From: Stegostoma tigrinum
Lineage: Eukaryota
Direction of reading: 5' to 3'
Assembly: GCF_030684315.1 (NCBI RefSeq)
Contig: NC_081377.1
Coordinates: forward strand, 30,132,001 to 30,196,000
Length of the DNA stretch: 64,000 nucleotides
Positions 51,355-63,191 of the stretch are shown piece after piece. The first letter of the stretch is position 1. Each line of letters starts with the position of its first letter. The notes beneath the pieces were generated by a model that was given only the letters and a program-made list of their open reading frames with translations, did no database searches and was not told the origin of the DNA. The translations under genes were made by a program, and so were the position numbers.

Positions 51355-51795
51355 GACTTCCACAAGCTTCAAAATCTCCCCTCCCCCTACCGCAGCCAAA
51401 AACCAGCCCAGCTTGTCCCTGCCTCCCTCACCTGTTCTTCCTCCCACCTATCCCCTCCTCCCACCTCAAGCCCCACCCCCATCTGCGACCTACCAATCTC
51501 AACCCGCCCCTTCACCTATCCGTCCTCCCTGGACTGACCTATCTCCAAACTACCTCCCCACCTACACCTACTTTACTGGCTCCATCCCCGCCTCTTTGAC
51601 CGGTCTGTCTCCTCTCCACCTATCTTCTCCTTGATCCATCTTCTATTGACCTCCCCCACTACCTCCCTATTTATTCCAGAACCTCCTCTGCCTCCCCCAT
51701 TTCTGAAGAAGAGTCCAGGGCCTGAAACGTCAGCTTTCCTGCTCCTCTGATGCTGCTGGGCCAGCTGTGTTCATTCAGCTCTACACCTTGTTATC
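51355..51795 (+). mobile_element. PLE 3' fragment
   Basis: ggacttccacaagcttcaaaatctcccct...ctgaagaagagtccagggcctgaaacgtcagc...accttgttatc. Confidence 0.85.
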
Positions 51796-51966
51796 ACTAA
51801 TATTGTGTGATGAACTGCCCGGATGTAAGCAATAGGCTTTGTGCTGGTATAGAATCCAATAGCAACTCACAACTATGTCCATAAGTGGAACTGTGCATTA
51901 CTGAGCAGAACATCACAGCGGTGAGTCTGTTTGGGGAAGGCAATACAAACTGTAAATGTCTCTTAC

Positions 51967-52200
51967 CACGAGAAAGGAAGCTATTCCAGGTTCCTCCATG
52001 AATTGAATTGCATTTTCTATCAGTTTAGAAGATGCCTCTAGATGCTCTTTGTGCTGCCTGATCAGATCTTTGATGAATGCAACTCTGTCCTCCTGTTCTT
52101 TTGTAATTGATTGAAGCATGTCATTTTTCCTTTGCTCCAGAATAGTGTATAACTTGTCAAACTGTTCCATGAGCAAGTGTTTCTGATGTCTGCTGTTCTC
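51967..52200 (-). CDS. TRIM63: TRIM63 exon 5 (234 nt), coiled coil
   Basis: cctcag|GAG...GTG|gtaaga; ENSRHQKHLLMEQFDKLYTILEQRK...IENAIQFMEEPGIASFLV. Confidence 0.95.
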
Positions 52201-53428
52201 CTGAGGAAAGAAGAAACTTTTAGCATATGCTACAAAGTACATGCTTGTCCAGCAGATGTCACCAGTTTCACTTAATTGTTAACACAGTCCTTCTATTTCA
52301 CCTGAGAGACAGCCAGCTCTGCTTAGATCGCACATGGTTTGCGAATACCTTGTTGAATCCACTAATTAATCAGTTACTAGTGTTGGAGCATAGACTCAGG
52401 ATTTTCTCCAGAAGTGAGTATTTTTTATGCAGACAATTGTCACAGTTTAAGGATACAGAATGGGCCATTTAAGACTAAGATGAGAAGAAATTTCTTCACC
52501 CAGAGAGTGGTGAGGTTATGGAATCGTAGCCACTGAAAGTGGTTGAGGCCAAATCATTGAATGTTTTCAGTGAGGAGTCAGATATAATTCTTCAGGCTAA
52601 GGGAGCAAAGGGTGTCAGAAAAAATGGTAAAAGTATTCGAAGTTGAATGATCAGATAATATTGAATAGTGGAGCAGTCTTGAAGGGCTGAATGGCCTACT
52701 CCTGCTTGTATTTTCTACGTTTCCATTTCGTCACCACAAGTGTTGCTCCGAATGATGAAGGCAAAAATCCAATTAATGACCAGTCTGTAACAGGCACCTT
52801 CCAAATTGAGAGAGCCAGTTGTGGAATGCTTCTCCATTACTCAGTCTCAAATAAATTATCATCATCAATTCATTTTAACTTTTAGTTATGCACCTAAGCT
52901 AATCTTAGTCAGTATTGTTTTCCTTTTTAATTAATGAATTGTCACAGAGTAGCCTTGCTATGGCTGGAATTCAGTTCCTTACATACATTATTTTATACTT
53001 ATTGTTAACACTATCATGTTTTTAGCACATTTAACATAGTAAAACATCACAAAGCACTTTACTGATTGCTGGTAAAGGACAAAGTTTAAGATGGTATTTA
53101 AACAAGTGGCCAAAAGAATAGGCAAAGTGGTACATTTTAGGAAGTTTTAGAGTCTAATTCCTCCTTAGTGAAGAATCCTGTTAACTTTGTATTATTTACT
53201 CAGCCCTCCACAAAGAGTCATAATAAAAACTGTATTACACACAATACACAAGCAAAAAATTCTTGGGATTTTTTTAAAACTGGTTTATTTTACATGAGCT
53301 ATTTTAGAAGAGATGTGAGCAATTCTACTAATTAGGGATGATGGGCATTACCACAAATATGAAGGAAGAATGCAGGCATTCTATTTAAGAGACCCACTGC
53401 TCAGAATTCTCTGTCAGTTATACTGTAC

Positions 53429-53524
53429 CTCAATGCTTTTGCATGTCTCTTCCAATTGATCAACAATAACCTGGACCCTGTCGTTGCCAGCCACAAGCAT
53501 CGCAATTCCATCAGTCAGTTCTGT
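53429..53524 (-). CDS. TRIM63: TRIM63 exon 4 (96 nt)
   Basis: ccgtag|ACA...GAG|gtacag; [32 protein letters not shown]. Confidence 0.95.
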
Positions 53525-54571
53525 CTACGGAAACACAAGGAGAACATACATGTCAGAAGAACAGACAGTTTTAAATAATTCACTATCCTGTAATAGGTAG
53601 AATAGGGTCTGAAATAGGAAATCAGTTCTATTCTGCAAACATTTCTGCAATTGGCAAAAGATGGTCAGGTTTTGCTACATCTTAGTACCAGTATGGGCCC
53701 CAGAGCAGAAAGGATCAGGTACGTTTCTAGAGGATGTGAATGTAGTCACTTCTAACTCAATAAAAGTTAACAATAGCTACCTATGACAGACTGACTAGGG
53801 ATGGCCATGATTCAGTGAGTAGCACGTTGATTCCCTAGAAGGGCCGGGGTTCAAATCTGTTCTAGGCAACTGAACAAAAATCTATTCTGACATTCTGGTG
53901 CAGTACTCAAGGAGAGCTGCATTGTCAGAGGTGCTGACCTTCAGATGTGCCTGAAGCCCTGCCATTGTTTCAATAGAAGAACAATAGGATAGTTCGCCTT
54001 GATATCCAGTTACTGCTGATTAATTTAAGTGAATGAAAATATTACCTGGTCTTTATCACATTTTAGTTTCTGAGAACTTTCTGTGCATTAGTTATTTGTT
54101 GTATTTCCTGTGATATAACAGTGACTGCACTTTACTAGTATGGAATTTCTGTAACACACTTCGTGATGTTCTTAGATCATGAAAGCTGCAAAAGAAATGC
54201 AAGTCCTTCCTGGCCCAGTGACTCACAGCAATTAAAGGACAGACAAGTTGAAGCAAAAATAATGCCAATGCTTTCAAACTAAAATTTAACAAGAAACTTG
54301 TTTCTCTTGCTTATAGAATAATATACAATCTGAGTAACTAGGTAATAAGTTAGCATTTTGAAAATGTTATGGCATAGCATTTTAACAATTGTAATACACC
54401 CTTGATACGAGCCCTGAAGTGAAATCAACAGCCAATTCTTCTCTGTAGGACAGAAGTAGTTTATGCCCGAGAAGGAAAGCCAGTAACCCTGGTGAATGAG
54501 ACATACTGGTCCAATTCATCCAATATACTTCAATATAGAGGACTGATACAGCCAGTACATTCATTTCCAAT

Positions 54572-54838
54572 TAAAAACCAAAAGAACTGCAGATGCTGTA
54601 AATCAGGAACAAAAATGGAAGTTTGCTGGAAGAGCTCAGCAGGCCTGGCAGCATCTGTGAAGAAAGGATCGGAGTTATTGTTTCAGGTCCACTGACCCTC
54701 CCACAAAACTGGGCTTTCCCTAAACTTCCTCAGTTCCAAGGAAGGGTCACCAGAACTGAAACATTAACATTGATTTTTTTTCTTCACAGGTGCTGCCGGA
54801 CCTGCTGAGCTTTTCCAACAACTTCTGTTTTTGTTCCT
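54572..54838. mobile_element. Palindromic PLE-derived element (second family) with decayed hammerhead cores
   Basis: Arms aggaacaaaaatggaagtttgctggaagagctcagcagg / cctgctgagcttttccaacaacttctgtttttgttcct; likely TSD tacattcattt at 54556 and 54838. Confidence 0.8.
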
Positions 54839-55843
54839 ACATTCATTTCTAAGCTGTCTTTTTACTAGGATCCCACATTGCATTTACTGCTACTTTCCAA
54901 CCTAACTGTGATAATAACATAGCTCTTGTGCTCCCCAGTGGGGGTTGGAGAGGTCGGTACTCTGTTTGCCCACAGGCCAGGCCTGAGGTAGCAGAGTTCA
55001 GCCACATGGTGGCAGTACATTTGGTTTGTCTGCCCGACAGTTCAGCAGAGGGGAAATCCAACCAGGGGCCCTTTTCCTGGTTATGATCATTGAATCCAGC
55101 TGGAAACTGACAGCGTTTGGACAAGCTCGAGTGCTTCTACAGTGACCCTCAAACAAAAATAACTCTCCCAGCATTTTTGTCAGTCTGACTGAGGAAGCGT
55201 ATGGTCACAGTTGATCATATCTGCGACCCGCTGTGCAGCTGTGGATGGCACTGTCATACAATTCAAGGAGACCAAAGCAGGTTTTGCAAAGTACAATGCA
55301 GCTTAAATTTCTCCAAGTAAGCAGGCAGACAAGCTGAAATGTGGGAAACCATAGCTGTGAAGAATTCTCTCCTCACTTCCCCCCCAGCCCAGCTGTCGCA
55401 CTGCGACACACGTACTAAAATTAGCCAGAGCATCAAGAGGGTTTATGCACAAGGTTATGTTAACCCCTTGTTGCCCGGGTGTTGCTAATTGCTACTTTAT
55501 TCTGGTTGAACACAACAGGTTTACGTTTGCATGCCATTTGAGCCAAACGCTACGTACAAATTTCCTGTCTTATTGTTTTCCATTCCTCAGCTACATTTCC
55601 TCAATTCCCTTCTCTTTCCTGTCAGGTTATGGATTCATTATGACATGGAATGCAGTCACTTGGCTTATCAGATGCATGCTTTTATATCATTTTATCCCAC
55701 TATTTCATGGCCAGAGCTATGCATGTGGTCGAACCAAAGCTCTAAGCAAGTTTAAGATAATTTCTCTGCATTGAATTCCAATCCTCATTAAAATGAACCC
55801 CAGTGCTTTGATTGTACATTTTAAAGGAGTAGTTAATATGACT

Positions 55844-56264
55844 AGCCCAGCTCTTCCACTCCCCCCACTGCATCCCAAAACCAGCCCAGCCTGTCTCTGC
55901 CTCCCTGACCTGTTCTTCCTCTCACCCATCCCTTCCTCCCACCCCAAGCCACACCTCCATTTCCTACCTACTAACCTCATCCCACCTCCTTGACCTGTCC
56001 GTCTCCCTGGACTGACCTATCCCCTCCCTACCTCCCCACCTATACTCTCCTCTCCACCTATCTTCTTTTCTCTCCATCTTCGGTCCGCCTCCCGCTCTGT
56101 CCCTATTTATTCCAGAACCCTCACCCCATCCTCCTCTCTGATGAAGGGTCTAGGCCCGAAACGTCAGCTTTTGTGCTCCTGAGATGCTGCTTGGCCTGCT
56201 GTGTTCATCCAGCTTCACGCTTTGTTATCTTGGATTCTCCAGCATCTGCAGTTCCCATTATCAC
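55844..56264 (+). mobile_element. Young 5'-truncated PLE with 13-bp TSD and intact hammerhead core
   Basis: agttaatatgact at 55831-55843 and 56265-56277; CTGATGA-A-GGG(TCTAGG)CCC-GAAA-CG-TC at 56138-56165. Confidence 0.9.
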
Positions 56265-56349
56265 AGTTAATATGACTTGTCAGCTTTATTGATTTTAAAT
56301 GATTTGACCCATGCCTGTCCTTCCTTTCGCTTCCTGAACCATTCCTCAC

Positions 56350-56518
56350 CTTTTGCTGTTGAAATACATTCTGCAGGGGAGCCACCTCACAGTCCTTGTG
56401 GGCACCAAAGACCTTGCACATTGAGCAGGTGGGAACTTGGCAAGAGATGCAGTAAATGTTGATCTTTTCATCTTCGTGCTCTTCACACATGGGCTGATTG
56501 CCTTTCTTTAAGGGTCGG
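56350..56518 (-). CDS. TRIM63: TRIM63 exon 3 (169 nt), B-box 2
   Basis: atacag|C...AAG|gtgagg; [56 protein letters not shown]. Confidence 0.97.
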
Positions 56519-59247
56519 CTGTATGTCAAAGGAGCAGATATACGTTCATCAGTATGTTGTCAATCATAAGGAAATATTAGAGGAACGATGTGAATTACAT
56601 GGAGTTTGCAGCACAGAAACAGGTTGTTTGCCCATTCTGGCCTCTGGTGGTGTTTATTTTCCATGTGAGCTTTTCCTCACCCCTATTCATTTCAAGCTAT
56701 CCCTGTCTTCTCCCTTCACCTTATCCACCTTTCCCTTAAATGTATCTTAACGGAAATCTCTAAAGACACACAGTAGATCTGTGCGCATAGAACAAAAATG
56801 AAAAGCCAGGTAATTGCACCAAAACATATCCTGTTTCTTTCAGATGCTGATGAACTGTTTGTGCTTTTCCAGATGTTGCTGTTTGGATTTCAGATTTCCA
56901 ATACTCAGGGCTAGTTGTCTTCAATTCCTATTGAGTGATTGTGCCTGTTTTTGTTTTAGTGATATAAACCGACACCACCCCAAATGCCATTAAGTACCTG
57001 TGCATCCTGCACCCAGCAAATGCATGAGGCTTTTGACACAACTAATACAAGAGAGTGAGCTATAACATGATTGGAGGTATATGATTTTGAGGAGGGAGTG
57101 GAAGGTATGGGTGGATGTGCTGAGTGGCTGTGGGGTAAAAAGGAAGCTTAAAGACAGCAGGATTAAGAAGTAAGCATCTGCACCAAGTGAGACGTACAAG
57201 ATGTAACATGGAGGGGAGTCTGGATGTGGTGGAGAAGGTGCATTAAACAGTGAACCCAAATTAGAGGGCAGCAGTAGGTTTGGATGTAAGGCTGGGAGAG
57301 TTTTAAAAATTCATTCGCAACCAGTTGACATTGCTGGCTTGATTGTCATTTATTGTCCATCTTCTGTTTGGCCTTAAAAGGGTCATGGTGGTTCCTCATC
57401 TTTAACAACTATGGCCTGTGAAGAAAGTGCTCTCACAGTATTGTTCCATAATTTTGATTCACTGATGAAGGAATGGTGATATTTGCCTAAGTCAGAATGA
57501 AGTGGATTCAGAAGGGAACTTGCAGGCAATGGAATTCCCATGTGGCTGCTGCCCTTGTCCTTCTGGGGTTCAAGCTACTGAGATGAAAATCCTATCCTCA
57601 TTGTGCCAGCTCTTCCCTATCACTGGTGATGAAAGCCAATCACTGAATGGTACTTAAACGGTCATAGTTCTTTAAAATTATTTATTCTTGCTGGAGCTGC
57701 ATTTCAGAGATGATCATTGTTCATAAAATTAAATCTCTTACTATTAGACGTTCTAAAAAATACTGTTTTATATCAACGTATTATGACATTTTTATGTAAC
57801 TAATTTCATTCATGGCCAAGTGTTTTTTAAAGGCACAGCTCAGCAAAGCTGGGTAGTTACTGACCGACTATTTTTAAACATTTAGAAACAGCTGGACTAA
57901 AGAACATTTGTGTCATCGTTACCAGTTGAAACCTTGCCCAGATGACCTTGAGAATATGAATGCGGTGGGAAGTCACTGTAACTTAACATGGGGAGTGAAA
58001 AAAAAGTTCTTCAGATGTTGTTTCATCTGATTTTCATCTAAAATATGTACCCTATGGTCAATCGATTCCTTCTTTTCTACCAATAGAATCTGAAATGGAA
58101 AAGTAATTTTCCTTTATTTCACATCTTATCCAACCCTCAGTCATTCCCCACAGTGATTGAAACACAAATCATTGCTTTTGAAGGGACACCACTTGTTGCT
58201 CCATAGACTAATTAATGTAGCGCAACCTTTGCAGACTCAAAATAATTCAAATTGCAGGTGATGTTTTATATTAGCTGCAAAGTTGTTTTATCCTAATCTA
58301 CACTGAAAAGTATGATAAAATTCAGAAAACTTTAAAGGCCTTCTGGTTTGTGAAATCAGCATCTATTTCACATCAAAAATCTTACAGTTGCTCCACATAC
58401 TTTGAACTTTTTATCTTCCTCTGGTCACATTTACAATGTTTATTAAAAATTGGTGCTTATTAAAACTAGTTACACTGTAATTACACCCTCCTACCAGTGA
58501 AGGCATTGTAATATTAACATAAATTGAAGGATGTTATTACATAGGATTTTTCAATTCAGAACATAAGATCTTTGCTGGCATTTACACTCATTGTGGGCCT
58601 TCTCCCAACTGCCTTCTCCAACCTACTTTCTTGCCATGTCAACAGATCCTTTTATTTGTTTTTCTCCATGATGTATTTATCTAGCTTCCCTTTAAAACCA
58701 TCTACAATAATCTCCTTCAACCACTTCATATGGAAGCAAGTTTCACTGAGTTAAGAAACTGCTCCTCAATTCTATATCAGTTTGATTAGCTATGTCTTAA
58801 TTTTGTAACACCCTTGGTTCTGGATTCCCTTACAGGTGGAAACATCTCTATATCTGCTCCATCAAAGGCCTTCATAATCTTCACTGTGAGTTGTTCACGT
58901 GGGCAGTTTCCATTAAAGAAGGAAACATATGAACTTGTAACAGAACTGTAGAAGTACACACAATATATAACAAACTGAGCTAGCATCTTTGTAACTCAGT
59001 CCAACTGTCCCTGAACTTATTCCCACTTCAACTGAAAAATACAAGATTTGGGTTCTTGATGTGTTCACATGATATCTCAGCAAATACCTCCAGGAGGCAT
59101 CATTGCAAGCAATGCATAAGACGTATCATAATAATCACTTTCCCAGCCTGGCAAACGTATTTCCATCTTCTCTTCCCATCACCCACCTGTACCTCTGACC
59201 CGAACAACAAGCTTGATGCAGAAGATGAAATGGTTCCCCAAGCTAAC

Positions 59248-59414
59248 CTGATTCCCTCTTCCTTGTAGATATCAATGATGTTCTCCACCAGTAGGTTCCT
59301 CTGCAGTCCATATACCCCATGACGGTCCAGGATAACTTCATGTCGACAGGATGGGCACCTGAACCTACCTCCAGAAATCATGGTACCTCGACCCTGCCAA
59401 TATGGATTAGCAGC
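59248..59414 (-). CDS. TRIM63: TRIM63 exon 2 (167 nt), RING C-half and MFC motif
   Basis: ttttag|GCT...CAG|gttagc; [55 protein letters not shown]. Confidence 0.97.
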
Positions 59415-60277
59415 CTAAAAAAAGCACATACATATATGTATCTAGAAAATGTTTAGCACAAGCTCACAGGTTAGCACTGTACCAAAACTGGATGCAACAT
59501 TATACCTACTCATCATTTTTAAAAATAATGTCAAAAGATATCACACTTTTTAAAGTTTCTGCTTTAAAAGATTTTCAGAAATACTTACTCACCTAAAGGT
59601 TTGTTAAATTTTATATTAAAGAGGTCTCCCTAAGTCTTGAAGATCATTCCTATATTATAACAGTAACTTTACTTGAAAAATATACTTCATTGATCATAAG
59701 ATGCTTTGGGACAACCTGACATTGTGAGCAGTGTTAATGAATTCAAATTCTGCCTTACATCCTAGCTTTCTAATCTGTCTTTCTTAACTGCCAATAGTGC
59801 AGACTGTGCACGGTCCAGGTTCACTTTTAAGTTTATGTTCAACTAGCTGATCTCAGACTTCAGTTGAGTTGCTGCAATTGGCTTCAATGGCCTTGGTCTG
59901 AGGAAATGGGGAGAAATTAAACCATGGCTCCCATTGGAGTTAGTGCAGGTGCAAGTGAGGTATGGGGACACAGGAGGGACAGCAAAACTCCAAGTTCTAT
60001 TTGTATAGCACTCGTGGCATGGTGCAAACATCCCAGGGCATTTCACAGGGGTCATATTAAACAATACTTGACACCAAGCCACCAACTGAGATATTAGGAC
60101 AGAGGATTGAAGTCAATATCTGTGCCTTACTGCAACCCAGCAAGTGGTCAGAGCTCTCCACAGAAAGTTGGAAAGGAGTTACCCATTTCCAAATGTTACT
60201 GTCTTTGAAAGTTTGGAACACTGATAAGAAACCCCAGTTTGCCGAGTTTTGAATGGACACAGCTTAAAAGCACTAAC

Positions 60278-60436
60278 CTGGAATACATCATTGGCACATT
60301 TTCTGCACAGATTGTGTTGGCATGGCAGGATCACAACCGGCTTTTCAAACATTTCAAGACAAATCGGGCAGATGAGTTGCTTCTCCAGTGTCTCCATCGT
60401 GCTGGATTCTCGGATAATATTCGGCTGGAACTCCAT
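60278..60436 (-). CDS. TRIM63: TRIM63 (MuRF1) exon 1 coding part (159 nt), RING N-half
   Basis: [53 protein letters not shown]|gttag; TRIM63 preferred over TRIM54/55 because of the short N-terminus, short acidic C-terminus and adjacency to SLC30A2. Confidence 0.95.
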
Positions 60437-60619
60437 CTCCAAATATAGCAAACACCACTTAAAAACCTGCTGAGTTGCGTTGCCTTTTTCTTCTCCCTGT
60501 CACTCTCGTTGCTTTCAGACAAATTCCGTGTTAGTATCCTCTTCAGAAGAGATTCAGTGGAGCTCAGGCGTCGTGATAAGATTACTCCTTGTTCCTTTTC
60601 TGTCTGTGCATGACAGCTC

Positions 60620-60830
60620 GTCCTTTTTATAAAGATTTCCAGTGTCACATGATAGCTGAGGTGGGGGGTGGGGGAACCTAGTCCTCAACATAACTTTTCC
60701 CATATTAGAAACTTGCAACGTGAAACTGAGAACAAGCAGGACCCGGAGATGCAGTCACATGTGACACTCAGAAAAACAACTTACACAGAAAGAATAAATA
60801 AAAATAAAGTTGCTAAACATTTTATATAAC
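60620..60830 (-). promoter_or_regulatory. TRIM63 proximal promoter: TATA box and two MiT/TFE-type E-boxes
   Basis: TATAAAA on the minus strand at 60625-60631; GTCACATGA at 60644-60652; perfect palindrome GTCACATGTGAC at 60754-60765. Confidence 0.7.
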
Positions 60831-61869
60831 TGCCAATCGATCAAGGTGAGTAGAAAACATCCTGTCCAAAATGCCCAACAAAAACAATTTTGTTTTCACT
60901 GTGCATCAAGGGAATTTTGAAAGCGCTTTGACAGGATTTGTAGACAATCGTGAACATTGACAATGAGGGAGGAAGGCATTAGAAAGTTAATGTAGGGCTT
61001 GGTTATCTGGATACTTCTGAAAGCAGGAAAGGAGATTGTGAAGAAGTGCAGTCTTTTGGGGATAGGGATACTCTCAGAGCAGGGGATGTGATGGTGGAAG
61101 AGTAGAATGAAGCATCCAGCAGCCAGGAGTGAAATGAAGAATAGGCCTAGCTGGGTTTGCTTGGTGAGTCCAGAAATATTTTAGATGTGGCTGATATTAA
61201 AGAAAATACAAATCCTTTCCACTTATCAATTGCAAAGATTCTTCAGCTGTTGAATTTAAAATATCTATTAAGAGCCAACGACATTGACACCCCAAGAATG
61301 AAGTTTGTAAAAACCAGCAGATATAAGTCCTGGAGTTTCCTCCACATATTTGCCCAGCTGCCTGAAAAGTGTTCAAGCCAATCTAACGGCTTAAAAATTG
61401 GACATGTGAGTCATGAGCATAACTAGAATAACATTCTGATTTTCCTCAATGTTAATAACCACGGAAACTGTCCAAACAGGTTTCCACCCACACCACTGGA
61501 GACAACCCCCTACAACCCCAACTCTCAATTACAAGTAACTCGATTGTCCTTGTTTACAAATCTCACCAGGACATCTCGTGGTACCATCACAATCTCAGCC
61601 ACTGGACCAGAATGACTGGGTGTCAATCCCACTGCAGGTTTTAATGGCCAAGAAAGGTATATTCATAATGGCCAAATATGCTGAGATCAATTGACAAAAT
61701 CCTTCCAACATGAGCCAGTGATGGCGTTTAAGGAAAGGAGATATTCCTGATCAGCCATGTGATAGAACGAATATCGGACGCTATGCCATCACAACCTACA
61801 ATTCTGACTGCAACACACATTTTAAAATTTATTTACTTATGGGACATGGGCATTGCTGGCTGGCCAGCA

Positions 61870-63190
61870 TTTATGGTGGTGAACAATTAAACAACTCACA
61901 GGAGGAGGACACTCTACAAGTATCCCCATTCTCAGTGAAGGAAGAAGCCTGACACATCATTGCAAGAGATAAGGCTGAAGCATCCACAGCAATCTTCAGC
62001 CAGAAGTAATGAATGGATGATTCATTTTGGCCTCCTCCAGTGGTTCCCCAGCATTATAGATACCAGTCTTCAGTCAATTCAGTTCACTCCACATGATATC
62101 AAGAAAGGAATAGAGACACTGGATACTACAAATGTATGGGACCTGACAAATTCTGGCAGTAATACTGAGGATTTATGCTACAGAACTTGCTGCTCCCCTC
62201 ACCAAGCCATCCCATTATAGTTACAAAACTGGTATCCACTCAACAATGTGGAAAATTGCCCACATATATCCTGTACACAAAAAGCCAGACAAATCCAACC
62301 CAGCCAAATACCACCCCATCATTCTAGTCTCCATTACTAGTAAAGTGATGGAAGCTGTCATCAACAATGCTATTCAGCATCACCTGCTCGCCAATAACCT
62401 GCTCACGAACACTCAGTTTGGGCTCCACCAGGGCCACTCAGCTCCTGATCTCATTACAACCTCAGTTCAAACATGCACAAAAGAGCTGGATTCCAGAGGT
62501 AAAGTGAGAGTGACAGCCTTGACATCAAAGCTGCAATGTAGCATCAAGGAGCCTTAGCAAAACTGGAATCAATGGATTCACACTGTCACATGGGAAGATC
62601 GTTCTGATTTTTGGAGGGTATCTCAGCTCCAGGACATCTCGGCAGGAGTTTCTCAGGGCAAAATCCTAGGCCCAACCATCTTCAGCTGCTTGGTCAACAA
62701 CCTCCCCTCCATCATAAGAATGTTCACTAGCGATTGAACGATGTTCAGTACAATTGCTACTCCACAGATATTGTAGCAGATCATGTTCAAGAATGATTCA
62801 TGCCACATAAGTGCCAGGCTATGATCATCACCAATCTAACAACCAACCCCTTGACATTCAATGGTGTTACCATCATTGTATCCCCACTGTCAGCATCCTG
62901 GGGCTTATCATTGACCAAAAACACTGCTGGACTCACCGCTTAAACACTGTGGCTACAACAACAAGTTAGAGGTTAGGTATACTGCAGTGAGTAACTCATC
63001 TCCTCAATCCCCAACGCTGCCACATTCTACACCATCACTTGCAAATTCCTTTCTAAGCCAGTCACTATCCTAGATCAAAGCCCTGGAATTCCCTTTTTAA
63101 GGGTATTGTGGGTTCTACCTACTTCACACGGTCTGCAGTGGTTCACTGCAGAACCACCTTCTCAAGGGAAATTAGGGAATGGCAATAATT
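61870..63190 (+). mobile_element. Degenerate LINE (CR1/L2 group) ORF2 RT region
   Basis: WKIAHIYPVHKKPDKSNPAKYHPIILVSITSKVMEAVIN...LLTNTQFG; 'GVSQGKILGPTIFS' near 62645. Confidence 0.85.
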
Positions 63191-63191
63191 T

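Noticed and set aside
60695-60745. CArG-like (ccatattaga) and GRE-like (agaacaagcaggacc) motifs in the TRIM63 promoter
   Set aside because: Both deviate from consensus; not supportable without conservation data
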